Source: Myxococcota bacterium
Lineage (GTDB): Bacteria > Myxococcota_A > Polyangia > Polyangiales > Sandaracinaceae
Reading direction: 5' to 3'
Length of the DNA: 64,000 nt
Assembly: GCA_036149055.1 (NCBI GenBank)
Contig: JAYZQJ010000069.1
Location: 107,950 to 171,949, forward strand
The position numbers and the translations under genes are program-made. Below the pieces are notes generated by a model. That model worked only from the letters and a program-made list of their open reading frames with translations. It was not told where the DNA came from and made no database searches. Positions 21,487 through 32,774 of this stretch are shown here, piece by piece. How positions within the stretch are numbered: the stretch's first letter is position 1; each line of letters begins with the position of its first letter.

Positions 21487-22383
21487 ATGGAGGACCTGCT
21501 CCAGGGCGTCGAGGTCGACGGCGAGGCGCCGCGGCTCGAGGGCGAGCGGCTCGTCACCCGCCGCGGCCCGGTCGGCACCCGGAGCGCGCGCCGCCTCGTC
21601 TACGAGCGGCCCGCCGACCCGGAGCTCGCGGCGCGGGTCGAGGTCGAGCGCCGGCTCTTCGATCTCCGCTCGGCCGTGCTCGAGGCTCGGGTCGTCCAGC
21701 GGCCCGCCGCGAGCTCCCCGATGGCCTGGCTCGACCTCCGCCTCCGGGACAACCCGCGGCTCGCGCACGTCGCCGGCCGCCTCCCCGACCTGGCCGGCGC
21801 CCGGGTGCTCGAGCTCGGGGGATCGGGCGAGGTCACCCGGGCGCTCCTCCTGGCCGGCGCGTCGCGGGTGGACCAGCTCGACGTCAGCCCGGGCATGCTG
21901 CGCCTCGCGCGGGCCCGCCTGACCCCGGAGGAGCGCGAGCGCGTCGTCCAGCACGTGACCTTCGCCGAGCGGCTGCCCTTCGCCGCGCGCACCTTCGACC
22001 TCGTCTACACCCGCCACTGCCTCCACCACATGGACCGGGCCCGCGTGATCCCGGAGGCGGCGCGGGTGCTCCGCCCAGGCGGCGCGATGGTGGTGATCGA
22101 GCCCTACCTGCCGCCCGCCATCAAGCTGGCTGCCCGGGTCCGCCGTCGCCTCGTCCGAGCGGAGCGGGGCACCGACGACCCGCTGGGGCCGGACGACCTC
22201 GCGCTCCTCCGCGCGCGCTTCGCGGACGTCGCCGAGGGCGGCGAGCCGAGCGTCGCGACCCTGCTCCGGGCCCTCCCCCGCCGCCTCCGCGCGGGCGCGC
22301 AGCGCGCCGATCGACACCTCCCCGGCGCGGCCGCCCGCTGGGTCGGAGGCCGCGTCTTCGTGATCGCGCGTCGCCCCCGGTGA
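21487..22383 (+). CDS. Class I SAM-dependent methyltransferase
   Basis: [34 protein letters not shown]. Confidence 0.82.
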   Translation: MEDLLQGVEVDGEAPRLEGERLVTRRGPVGTRSARRLVYERPADPELAARVEVERRLFDLRSAVLEARVVQRPAASSPMAWLDLRLRDNPRLAHVAGRLPDLAGARVLELGGSGEVTRALLLAGASRVDQLDVSPGMLRLARARLTPEERERVVQHVTFAERLPFAARTFDLVYTRHCLHHMDRARVIPEAARVLRPGGAMVVIEPYLPPAIKLAARVRRRLVRAERGTDDPLGPDDLALLRARFADVAEGGEPSVATLLRALPRRLRAGAQRADRHLPGAAARWVGGRVFVIARRPR

Positions 22384-22440
22384 GCCCCCGGTGAGCTTCG
22401 GCGTGCTGTGGCGTCCTGGATGAGGTAGAAGCGCACGCCC

Positions 22441-23394
22441 ATGACCTCCCGTCGATGCCTGGTGACCGGAGGGGCTGGCTTCGTCGGCTCCCACCTCGTG
22501 GACCGCCTCCTCGCGGACGGCCACCGCGTGGTCGCGCTCGACAACTTCGTCACGGGGTTCCGTCGCAACATCGGGCACTTGAAGGACGAGTCGAGGTTCG
22601 ATCTCGTCGAGCACGACGTCACCAAGCCGTTCCCCAAGGGCTTCGGGGGCTTCGACTGGATCTTCAACCTCGCCTGCCCGGCGAGCCCGCCCGCCTACCA
22701 GCGCGACCCGGTCTTCACCACCCTCACCTGCTTTCATGGCGCCCTCTTCTGCCTGGAGCTGGCCGAGCGGGACGGCGCGCGCATGCTCCAGGCGAGCACC
22801 AGCGAGGTCTACGGCGACCCCCGGGTGCACCCGCAGCCCGAGACCTACCGCGGGTTCGTCAACTGCGTCGGCCCGCGCGCCTGCTACGACGAGGGCAAGC
22901 GGGTCGCCGAGACGCTCTGCGCGGAGTTCCGGCAGCGCCGCGGCGTCGACGCCCGGATCGCGCGCATCTTCAACACCTACGGCCCCCGGATGGATCCGGG
23001 CGACGGCCGGGTGGTCAGCAACTTCATCGTCCAGGCGCTCCAGGGCCTGCCGCTCACCGTCTACGGCGACGGCAAGCAGACGCGGAGCTTCTGCTACGTC
23101 AGCGACCTCGTGGACGGCCTGATCCGGCTCATGAGCCACGAGGACGAGCACGGCCCGGTCAACCTCGGCAACGACGGCGAGTACACGATGCTCGAGCTCG
23201 CCGAGCTCATCACCGAGGCCACCGGGAGCGCGGCCGAGCTGGTGTTCAAGGAGCTGCCGGCCGACGATCCGACCCGCCGCCGCCCCGACCTCACCCTCGC
23301 CCGGGACCGCCTCGCGTACGAGCCGCAGGTCCCCCTCGCCGACGGCCTCGCCCAGACCGTCGCGCACTTTCGCACGATCGTGGACGTGGGGTGA
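22441..23394 (+). CDS. uxs: UDP-glucuronate decarboxylase (UDP-xylose synthase)
   Basis: [53 protein letters not shown]. Confidence 0.92.
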   Translation: MTSRRCLVTGGAGFVGSHLVDRLLADGHRVVALDNFVTGFRRNIGHLKDESRFDLVEHDVTKPFPKGFGGFDWIFNLACPASPPAYQRDPVFTTLTCFHGALFCLELAERDGARMLQASTSEVYGDPRVHPQPETYRGFVNCVGPRACYDEGKRVAETLCAEFRQRRGVDARIARIFNTYGPRMDPGDGRVVSNFIVQALQGLPLTVYGDGKQTRSFCYVSDLVDGLIRLMSHEDEHGPVNLGNDGEYTMLELAELITEATGSAAELVFKELPADDPTRRRPDLTLARDRLAYEPQVPLADGLAQTVAHFRTIVDVG

Positions 23395-23473
23395 TGCGCG
23401 CCCGCCCGAACCGGGGACGGTTGTGCGGCAACCCACGTGCCTATAGGAAAGCGTCGACCCAGGAGGAGAACCG

Positions 23474-24784
<1,311 letters not shown>

Positions 24785-24874
24785 TCGGGACGCCGACCAT
24801 GCGAGTCGGCGCGGGACGCGCTATGTGGGTGCGCTGAACGCGGCGTCCAGGCCGCGACACACACCACACTCGCG

Positions 24875-25768
24875 ATGAGCGCTTCCCGCGTAGACGTCAT
24901 GGTGCCGTGCTACGACGCCGCCGACACCGTGCGGTTGGCGTTGGCGTCGCTGCACGCGCAGTCGTTCGAGGACTGGCGGTGCCTGCTGGTCGACGACGGC
25001 TCGACCGACGAGACCCACGCGCTGCTGACGCGCGCCGCCGCCGCGGACCCGCGCTTCGAGGTGCATCGCTTCGAGCGCAACCGGGGCCGCGGCGCGGCGA
25101 GGCAGTTCTTGCTCGAGAGGGTCACGGCCCCGCTCGTGGCGTTCCTCGACGCCGACGACTGGATGTACCCGGATCGGCTGACCGACCAGGTCGCGTGGCT
25201 GCAGCTCGAGCCGTCCCTCGCCGCGGTGGGCTCGCCCATGGCGATCTTCGACGACGCGCTCGAGATGGTCGGCGAGGCCCGCCCCCGCGTGGCGAGCCCG
25301 CTGCCCGCCATCCTCGAGTTCCCTCGGCCCGAGCCGCCCCGGTTCTTCTTCCCGGCGAGCATGCTCCGCTCGGACATCGTGAAGCAGGCCGGCTTCGACG
25401 AGCGGCTCCGCCGCTCGCAGGACTCGGACATGCTGATCCGGGCCCTCCTCGGGCGCCGCTACGCGCTGACCGCGCGGCCGCTCTACGCCTATCGACGCGC
25501 CGCGATGACGCTCGACAAGACGCTCGAGGGCTACCGGTACCGGATGATGGCGCATCGCAAGCACCTGCGGCGCCACCCGCTCCACGTGGGTCGGACCCTC
25601 GCGCAGACCTACGCCAAGGGCGCCGTGCTCCGGGCGATGGCGGCCGTCGGCGCCGACGAGGCGGTGTTCGACGCCCGCTACGCCGCGCCGTCGAGCGAGG
25701 CCGAGGCCGCCTACGGCGCGGCGCGTGAGACGGTCACGCGAGCGCAGGAGCGGCTGTGGCGGGGATGA
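24875..25768 (+). CDS. GT2 glycosyltransferase
   Basis: VPCYD, VDDGSTD, NRGRGAAR, FLDADD, SQDSD. Confidence 0.88.
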   Translation: MSASRVDVMVPCYDAADTVRLALASLHAQSFEDWRCLLVDDGSTDETHALLTRAAAADPRFEVHRFERNRGRGAARQFLLERVTAPLVAFLDADDWMYPDRLTDQVAWLQLEPSLAAVGSPMAIFDDALEMVGEARPRVASPLPAILEFPRPEPPRFFFPASMLRSDIVKQAGFDERLRRSQDSDMLIRALLGRRYALTARPLYAYRRAAMTLDKTLEGYRYRMMAHRKHLRRHPLHVGRTLAQTYAKGAVLRAMAAVGADEAVFDARYAAPSSEAEAAYGAARETVTRAQERLWRG

Positions 25769-27021
25769 CTCCGCTCGCGCGGGGCGCCGCTCGTGGTCCC
25801 GCTCGGAGTCCCGCGGTCCCCCGCTCGGAGGCGTCGGCGACCTCGGCCGGGCCGAACCGGCTCGTGCTCCTGTGCTGGTCCGCGATCCTGCTCGGCGTCC
25901 CGATCTACGTCTTCCAGTCGGGCCTCCCCCAGCCGGCCGACATGGCGCTCGCCGTGTTCTGCAGCCTCACCGCCGCCGCCGGCTTCTCGCGGCTCAACGA
26001 CGCGGCGCGCGCGAGCACGTCGAGGCTGGCGTCCTACCTGGGCTGGGTCGCCTGCGTGAACGCGCTCTGGTTCCTGGTCGAGTCGTTCAACACCGGATTC
26101 CTGCTCTCCACCACGTTCGCCGCGTTCAACACGGTCGTCTTCGTGGGGTTCCTGAGCTTCGCCGAGCGCTCCCCGGAGACGGTGCTGCGCTGGACCGGCA
26201 CCGTCACGGCGCTCAGCCTCGTCGGCCAGGGAGCGCTCGCCGTGCTCCGCCCCGACCTGAACAACGGCGCGCGCCTCACGCTCTACTTCAACAACCCGAA
26301 CCAGCTCGCCTACTACTGCCTGGGCGCGAGCACCGTCGTGCTCGTCATCAACGCCGCCCTGTCCAAGAAGCTCCCCCGGATGCTGGTGGTGGCGTCGTCG
26401 CTCGCCTCGGGGTTCGTGATCTACTCCACGTACTCTCGCTCCGCGCTCGGCGGCTTCGCCATGCTGTGCATGGTGCCCTTCGTGCGGCGCCCGGCGCTCG
26501 TCATCGCGGCCGCCATCCCGCTCGCCATCGCGGGCGCGATGGCCGACAACCCCATCGCCGAAGACCCTCTCTGGCAGCGCCGCGTCGAGCAGGCGGAGGC
26601 GCAGCAGCTCAGCGATTACATCGAGGACCGCGGCATCGACCGCATCGTCTCGAACCCCGAGTACCTGATGCTCGGATCCGGCGAAGGCGCGCACGAGCGG
26701 TTCCACCCCTTCGGCCTGGAGCTCCACTCGAGCTTCGCGGGCGTCCTGTTCTACTACGGCCTGGTCGGGCTCGCGCTCTTCGCCTGGTTCGTGTTCTCCC
26801 TCGTGCGCCGTCTCCCGATCACCTACCTCGCGTACCTCGCCCCGACGGCGATCTACAGCCTCTTTCACAACGGGCTCCGGTTCCGTGTCTTCTGGCTGCT
26901 GCTGGCCGTGGTGGCGGTCGTGCATGGGATGGAGCGAGCGAGCCGGGAGGCGTCGGCGCCGACCCCCGCCCCGAAGCCCCGCCGGCGGCGCGACCGGCCC
27001 GCCCCGCAACCTGCGAGTTGA
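25765..27021 (+). CDS. wzy: Wzy polymerase / O-antigen-ligase-family membrane protein
   Basis: About 11 TM segments; R...FNNPNQLA, TYSRSA, GSG...ELHSSF; ATGA coupling. Confidence 0.75.
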   Translation: MTPLARGAARGPARSPAVPRSEASATSAGPNRLVLLCWSAILLGVPIYVFQSGLPQPADMALAVFCSLTAAAGFSRLNDAARASTSRLASYLGWVACVNALWFLVESFNTGFLLSTTFAAFNTVVFVGFLSFAERSPETVLRWTGTVTALSLVGQGALAVLRPDLNNGARLTLYFNNPNQLAYYCLGASTVVLVINAALSKKLPRMLVVASSLASGFVIYSTYSRSALGGFAMLCMVPFVRRPALVIAAAIPLAIAGAMADNPIAEDPLWQRRVEQAEAQQLSDYIEDRGIDRIVSNPEYLMLGSGEGAHERFHPFGLELHSSFAGVLFYYGLVGLALFAWFVFSLVRRLPITYLAYLAPTAIYSLFHNGLRFRVFWLLLAVVAVVHGMERASREASAPTPAPKPRRRRDRPAPQPAS

Positions 27022-27024
27022 GCC

Positions 27025-28890
27025 ATGTGCGGTGTGTTCGGAGTGAGGTACTGGGACGGCCGTCCCATCGACGCAGGCGCGGTGAATCGAGCCCGCGACA
27101 CCATGGTGCGACGCGGCCCCGACGACGCGCACACGCTCACCGCGCCGGGGCTCGCCCTCTCCCACCGGCGCCTCGCCATCCTCGACCTCTCGCCGGCCGG
27201 GCGCATGCCGATGTCCGACGAGCGCGAGCGGGTCTGGGCCGTCTTCAACGGGGAGATCTACAACCACCGCGCGCTGCGCGCGCAGCTCGAGTCCCGGGGC
27301 CATCGCTTCCGCAGCCAGACCGACAGCGAGGTCCTGGTCCACGGCTACCTCGAGTGGGGTGAGGATCTCTTCCGGCGTCTGGAGGGCATGTTCGCCGTCG
27401 GTCTCTGGGACACGGCGGACCGCAGGCTGCTGCTGGCGCGAGATCACGCCGGAGAGAAGCCGCTCTACTTCGCCCCGCTCGGCGACGACGGCGTGGCCTT
27501 CGCGTCCACGATCGACGCCCTCGCGACGTGGCGCGGCGGCGGCGCGCTCTCGCCTCGTGAGGTCGCCGGCTACCTCTCGTTCGGCTTCGCTCGCGGCACC
27601 CGCACGGTGCTGCGCGACGTGCACAAGGTGGAGCCCGGCACGTTCCTCGCGTTCGACGCCGCGGGCGCGCGCCGGGTAGAGCGCTTCTGGAGCCTGCCGG
27701 CCGAGCACGCCCACGCGCCCGCGCGCCGCGCGACCGCGGAGGACCTGCACGACGTCCTCCTCGACGCCGTGCAGGACCGCATGGAGGCGGACGTGCCGCT
27801 CGGCGCCTTCCTCTCGGGGGGCGTCGACTCGAGCCTGGTGTGCGCCCTCATGGCGCGGGCTCGCCGGGACGGCGTGCGCACCTTCACCGTCGGCTTCGAC
27901 GAGCCCGCCTTCGACGAGAGCCCGCACGCGCAGGCCGTCGCGGCTCATCTCGGCATCGAGAACGTCACCCGCATCATCTCGGAGCGAGACGTCGTGGAGG
28001 AGATCGACGCCGCGGTGACCGCGCTCGACGAGCCGATGGCGGACTACTCCATCCTGCCGACGCTGGCGGTCGCACGCCTCGCGCGCGAGGAGCTCACGGT
28101 CGCGCTCACCGGCGACGGCGCCGACGAGCTGTTCGGCGGCTATCGCTACTACAGCGCCCTCGCCGCCTTCGAGCTCTGGGCGCGGGCCCCTCGGCGCCTG
28201 CGACGCGCGCTCTCCCGCCTGCACCCGGTGCTGCCCGAGCCTCGCCTCCGCCGGATCCTGGCCCGGACCAGCGCCTCGACGGCCGGAGAGTTTTTCGGGT
28301 CGAGCGGCTTCTACCGCGGGGCGGTGCTCCAGCGCAGCTTCGGCCTGCTCCTGCCGGAGTCGACGCCGAACCCGGCGGAGATCGTGGCCGCGGAGGTCGC
28401 GTCCCTCGAGAGCCGGACCGGCGTGGAGGGCGGCATGCTCTGGGACGCCACCAACACGCTCCCCGAGGCCTGGCTCTGCAAGGTGGACCGCGCCTCGATG
28501 AACGTGAGCCTGGAGACCCGCGCGCCCTTCCTCGCGCCCGCCGTCCAGCGCCTCGCGGTCGGCCTCCCGCTCGACGACAAGGTGCGCATCCGCGAGCGCA
28601 AGGTGGCGCTGCGTCGCGTGCTCAGGCGCTACCTCCCCGAGCACCTCGTCGAGCGACCGAAGCAGGGCTTCACGCCCCCGATGGGCCGGTGGATGCGGAC
28701 CGTGCTGCGGGAGGAGCTCCGCGCGCTCGCGTCGGGCTCGCGACTGGCGGAGGCGGGGCTCGTCCGGCGCGCCGGCCTCGAGCAGGCGGTGAGCGAGCAC
28801 GTGGAGGGTCGCTTCGACCACGCGCAGGCGCTGTGGGCCGTGCTCCTCCTCGAGCGATGGACGCGCCAGCGTGGTATCTCCGGCAGCTGA
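27025..28890 (+). CDS. asnB: AsnB-like glutamine amidotransferase (polysaccharide amidation, WbpS-like)
   Basis: MCG, HRRLAILDL, FNGEIYN, FLSGGVDSS, TGDGADELFGGY, KVDR.SM..SLE.R.PF. Confidence 0.92.
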   Translation: MCGVFGVRYWDGRPIDAGAVNRARDTMVRRGPDDAHTLTAPGLALSHRRLAILDLSPAGRMPMSDERERVWAVFNGEIYNHRALRAQLESRGHRFRSQTDSEVLVHGYLEWGEDLFRRLEGMFAVGLWDTADRRLLLARDHAGEKPLYFAPLGDDGVAFASTIDALATWRGGGALSPREVAGYLSFGFARGTRTVLRDVHKVEPGTFLAFDAAGARRVERFWSLPAEHAHAPARRATAEDLHDVLLDAVQDRMEADVPLGAFLSGGVDSSLVCALMARARRDGVRTFTVGFDEPAFDESPHAQAVAAHLGIENVTRIISERDVVEEIDAAVTALDEPMADYSILPTLAVARLAREELTVALTGDGADELFGGYRYYSALAAFELWARAPRRLRRALSRLHPVLPEPRLRRILARTSASTAGEFFGSSGFYRGAVLQRSFGLLLPESTPNPAEIVAAEVASLESRTGVEGGMLWDATNTLPEAWLCKVDRASMNVSLETRAPFLAPAVQRLAVGLPLDDKVRIRERKVALRRVLRRYLPEHLVERPKQGFTPPMGRWMRTVLREELRALASGSRLAEAGLVRRAGLEQAVSEHVEGRFDHAQALWAVLLLERWTRQRGISGS

Positions 28891-28988
28891 CCAGCGCGCA
28901 GACGCCGTCCGGTCGTGGTATCAGGCGCCATGCAACGGACCGAACGTCGGCGGGTGCCCGCGCAACCCTCGTCTCGTATGGAGCGCTC

Positions 28989-30020
28989 ATGACCACCCAT
29001 GATGTCGGACTCGGCGTCGACGGTTGCCTCGTCATCGCCGAGGTCGGCCAGGCGCACGACGGGAGCCTGGGCACCGCGCACGCCTTCATCGACGCCGTCG
29101 CCGACGCGGGCGCGCACGCGGTCAAGTTCCAGACGCACATCGCGGCCGCCGAGAGCACCCCGGACGAGCCGTGGCGGGTGAAGTTCAGCCCCCAGGACGC
29201 CACTCGCTACGAGTACTGGCGCCGGATGGAGTTCACCGACGCGCAGTGGGCGGGGCTCAAGACGCACGCGGACGAGCGGGGGCTCATCTTCCTGAGCTCC
29301 GCCTTCTCGTTCCAGGCCTTCGAGCTCCTCGAGAAGCTCGGCACACCCGCGTGGAAGGTCGCCTCCGGCGAGGTCAGCAACCTGCCGCTGCTCGAGCGCA
29401 TGATCGCGACCCGGAAGCCGCTCCTCTGCTCGACCGGGATGAGCCCGTGGGAGGAGCTGGACCGGGTCGCGGAGCTGGCGAAGGGCGTCCCCCTCACCTT
29501 CTTCCAGTGCACCTCGGCCTATCCCTGCCCGCCCGAGCAGCTCGGGCTCAACGTGCTCGGTGAGCTGGAGCGACGCTACGGGTGCGCGGTGGGGCTGTCC
29601 GATCACTCCGGCGCGATTCACGCCGGCCTCGGCGCGGTGGCGCTCGGGGCGGACGTGCTCGAGGTCCACGTCACGCTGAGCAAGCAGGCGTTCGGGCCCG
29701 ACGTGCCCTCGAGCATCACGTTCCCCGAGCTGAAGCAGCTGGTGGACGGCGCGGCCTTCTTGTCTCGCGCCGTCCGCTCGCCCGTGAGCAAGGACGCGCA
29801 GGCGGCGGAGCTCTCCGAGATGCGGCGCTTGTTCACCAAGAGCATCGTCGCCGCCCGCCCGATCGCGCGTGGCGCGGTGTTCACGGAAGACGACCTCGAC
29901 TACCGCAAGCCCGGCACGGGCGTCCCCGCGCGTCGCTATCAGGAGCTGATGGGGAGAGCCGCGCGCCGCCCCTATGACCGTGGCGAGCAGATCGCCCCCG
30001 AAGAGATGGAACCGACATGA
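28989..30020 (+). CDS. neuB: NeuB-family nonulosonic acid synthase with SAF domain
   Basis: IAEVGQAHDG, AVKFQTH, KVASGE, QCTSAYP, GLSDHS, RKPGTG. Confidence 0.92.
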   Translation: MTTHDVGLGVDGCLVIAEVGQAHDGSLGTAHAFIDAVADAGAHAVKFQTHIAAAESTPDEPWRVKFSPQDATRYEYWRRMEFTDAQWAGLKTHADERGLIFLSSAFSFQAFELLEKLGTPAWKVASGEVSNLPLLERMIATRKPLLCSTGMSPWEELDRVAELAKGVPLTFFQCTSAYPCPPEQLGLNVLGELERRYGCAVGLSDHSGAIHAGLGAVALGADVLEVHVTLSKQAFGPDVPSSITFPELKQLVDGAAFLSRAVRSPVSKDAQAAELSEMRRLFTKSIVAARPIARGAVFTEDDLDYRKPGTGVPARRYQELMGRAARRPYDRGEQIAPEEMEPT

Positions 30021-31174
30021 GCCCGCGCAAAGTTGCCGCCGTGGTGACCGCGAGACCCAGCTACTCGCGCGTCAAGACCGTGCTCCGAGAGCTCGACGCC
30101 CACCCCGACACGGAGCTGCACCTGGTCGTCGCCGCCTCCGCCCTGCTCCCGCGCTACGGCGCCGTCTTCAAGAACATCGAAGAGGACGGCTTCGACATCC
30201 GTCACCGCGTGTACATGCAGCTGGAGGGCGGCTCGCCGGTGACGATGGCCAAGACCACCGCGGTCGGCATCCTCGAGCTGGCGACCATCTTCGACAACCT
30301 GCAGCCGGACGTCGTCGTCACGGTGGCCGACCGCTACGAGACCCTCGCGACGGCCGTCGCGGCGTCCTACCAGAACATCCCGCTCGCCCACGTCCAGGGC
30401 GGCGAGATCACGGGCTCGATCGACGAGAAGGTGCGGCACGCGGTCACCAAGCTCGCCGACCTGCACCTCGTGGCCTCGGACCACGCGGCCGAGCGCGTGA
30501 TCCGGATGGGCGAGGAGCCCGAGACGGTCCACATGACCGGCTGTCCGTCGGTCGACCTCGCGGCGGAGATCCTGGAGTCCCCCGGGCTCGACTTCGATCC
30601 CATCGCCAAGTACGGCGGCGTCGGCGCCGACATCGACATCAGCGACGGCTACATCGTCGTGATGCAGCACCCGGTGACGTCCGAGCACCAGACCGCGCGG
30701 CGCCACGTCGAGGAGACGCTGGCCGCCGTAGCCCAGCTGGGCCGGCCGACGCTCTGGTTCTGGCCCAACCCGGACGCCGGGTCGGATGGCACCTCGCAGG
30801 GCCTCCGCGCGCACCGCGAGAACACCGACAACGAGAACATCCACTTCTTCAAGAACATGGCGCCGGCCGACTTCCTGCGGCTGCTCTACAACGCCTCCTG
30901 CCTCGTCGGGAACTCGAGCGTCGGCATCCGCGAGTGCGCCTTCCTCGGCGTCCCGGTGGTCAACATCGGCACGCGGCAGGCGGGCCGGGACCGCGGCCCG
31001 AACGTCGTCGACGTCCCCTACTCCAAGGACGAGATCCGCGCGGCCATCGAGCGGCAGATGACGGCGCCGCGGCCCGCCAGCGACGCCATCTACGGCTCCG
31101 GCGACGCCGGCAAGCGGATCGCGGACGTGCTCGCCACGGCCCCGCTCAGCAGCCAGAAGCGCCTCACGTACTGA
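30017..31174 (+). CDS. neuC: NeuC-family hydrolysing UDP-GlcNAc 2-epimerase
   Basis: TARPSY, ADRYE, HVQGGEITGSIDEKVRHAVTKL, GNSSVGI.E, IGTRQ.GR. Confidence 0.92.
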   Translation: MSPRKVAAVVTARPSYSRVKTVLRELDAHPDTELHLVVAASALLPRYGAVFKNIEEDGFDIRHRVYMQLEGGSPVTMAKTTAVGILELATIFDNLQPDVVVTVADRYETLATAVAASYQNIPLAHVQGGEITGSIDEKVRHAVTKLADLHLVASDHAAERVIRMGEEPETVHMTGCPSVDLAAEILESPGLDFDPIAKYGGVGADIDISDGYIVVMQHPVTSEHQTARRHVEETLAAVAQLGRPTLWFWPNPDAGSDGTSQGLRAHRENTDNENIHFFKNMAPADFLRLLYNASCLVGNSSVGIRECAFLGVPVVNIGTRQAGRDRGPNVVDVPYSKDEIRAAIERQMTAPRPASDAIYGSGDAGKRIADVLATAPLSSQKRLTY

Positions 31175-31181
31175 GCGGCGG

Positions 31182-31832
31182 ATGAAGCTCCCGTCGCTCA
31201 GAGACGCCGTGCTGGGGCGGATGCGCGGTCGCACCCGGATCCGGGACCGCGGCGCGCGCAACCACGTCGACGTCCACGCCACGGCGCGGCTTCGCGGCGT
31301 GACGCTCGACCTCGGCGGCGACGACATCGAGATCGTCGTGGGCGGCGCCTCCAGGCTCCGGAACGTGCGCATCGTCTGCGAGGGCGACGGCCTCCGGGTC
31401 TCGATCGGCGAGCGGGTGAAGGTCCGCGTGGGCGCCGAGCTGGTGCTGCGGGATCGGGGCTCCTCGATCGAGATCGGCGACGGCGTGAGCATCGAGTCGG
31501 CGCGCGTGGTCTCGCTCGAGGGGCGCGGGGTCTCCATCGGGGCCGGCTCCATGTTGGCCTACGACATCGAGATCCGGAACTCCGACTCCCACTCGATCCT
31601 CGACGCGAGCACCGGAGCGCGTCTCAACCCGCCCGCGGACGTCGTGCTCGACGAGCACGTCTGGGTCGGCGCGCGCTGCAGCGTCCTGAAGGGGACGCGC
31701 GTGGGGCGGGACAGCATCCTCGGGATGGGCTCGGTGGTCTCGGGGCAGTTCCCGGAGGGCGTCGTCGTCGCCGGCTGTCCGGCGACCGTGCGCCGCACCG
31801 GGGTGACCTGGACACAGGAACGAACGTCGTGA
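31182..31832 (+). CDS. Left-handed beta-helix O-acyltransferase (NeuO/OatWY-like)
   Basis: SDSHSI, NPPADV, HVWVG, LKG, VVAGCPA. Confidence 0.82.
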   Translation: MKLPSLRDAVLGRMRGRTRIRDRGARNHVDVHATARLRGVTLDLGGDDIEIVVGGASRLRNVRIVCEGDGLRVSIGERVKVRVGAELVLRDRGSSIEIGDGVSIESARVVSLEGRGVSIGAGSMLAYDIEIRNSDSHSILDASTGARLNPPADVVLDEHVWVGARCSVLKGTRVGRDSILGMGSVVSGQFPEGVVVAGCPATVRRTGVTWTQERTS

Positions 31833-32734
31833 ATCGAGGCGATGAGACGAAGCGCGCCCCCGACTTCCTGATCGTCGGAGCGCAGAAATGCGGGACCACG
31901 TCGCTGCACCGGCACCTCGCCGCGCACCCGGACATCTACATGCCGGGCGCGAAGGAGCTGGAGTTCTTCAGCTCCGACGAGCGGTTCGAGCGCGGGCTCG
32001 ACTGGTACCTGGACACCTACTTCGAGGCCGGCCGGAGCGCGGCGGTCCGGGGAGAGGCGTCGACGCACTACATGATGCGGGTGCCCGAGGTCCCGGAGCG
32101 AATCCACGACACCCTGCCGGACGTCAAGCTGATCGCCATCCTGCGGAACCCGATCGAGCGGGCCTACTCCCACTTCCGGATGAGCGTGATGCGCGGCCAG
32201 GAGAGCCGCGAGTTCGAGGAGGCGATCGAGGCCTGCCTCGCGCTGCCCGAGGACGCGCCGCCGGACGTGCAGCACGACTACGTGCGCTTCGGTGAGTACG
32301 GCCGGATCCTCGGCGCGTACCTCGACCGCTTCCCCGCTTCCCGGATCCACGTGGTCCTGACCGAGGATCTGGCGCGGGCGCCCGCGGAGACGGTCGCGGG
32401 CGTGTATCGCTACCTCGGCGTGGACCCGACCTACCGCCCGGACACGCTGGAGAAGCGCTTCAACGTCGGCGGCGAGGCGCGCTTCCCGGGCGCCATGGAG
32501 CAGCTGCGACGGACGGTGGGCCGCGCGCGACGCATCCCTGGGGTCGGGGAGCTCCTCACCCAGGAGCGCTACGAGGCCTTCAAGTTCTGGACCCGCACCG
32601 AGCTCGGCATCGCGTCGAAGGAGGACCGCGGCCCCTCCGACGTCGTGCGCCGCCGCCTCGCGCGTCACTATCGACCGGACGTGGCGCGGCTCGAGCGCGA
32701 GCTCGACGTCCAGGTGAGCTGGCCCGAGGTCTGA
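31829..32734 (+). CDS. PAPS-dependent sulfotransferase
   Basis: PDFLIVGAQKCGTTSL (5'-PSB), KELEFF, GEAST.Y, LRNPIERAYSHF (3'-PB). Confidence 0.9.
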   Translation: MNRGDETKRAPDFLIVGAQKCGTTSLHRHLAAHPDIYMPGAKELEFFSSDERFERGLDWYLDTYFEAGRSAAVRGEASTHYMMRVPEVPERIHDTLPDVKLIAILRNPIERAYSHFRMSVMRGQESREFEEAIEACLALPEDAPPDVQHDYVRFGEYGRILGAYLDRFPASRIHVVLTEDLARAPAETVAGVYRYLGVDPTYRPDTLEKRFNVGGEARFPGAMEQLRRTVGRARRIPGVGELLTQERYEAFKFWTRTELGIASKEDRGPSDVVRRRLARHYRPDVARLERELDVQVSWPEV

Positions 32735-32774
32735 GATGTGGCGGACGTGGCTGCCCTGCGGAGACCGCGCGACG

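Noticed and set aside
18274..23436. 1720-aa giant ORF
   Set aside because: Only the last 430 aa are a real protein; the rest is off-frame or antisense to recognisable genes.
25711..28821. 1036-aa antisense ORF
   Set aside because: Mirror of wzy/asnB with no recognisable domain.
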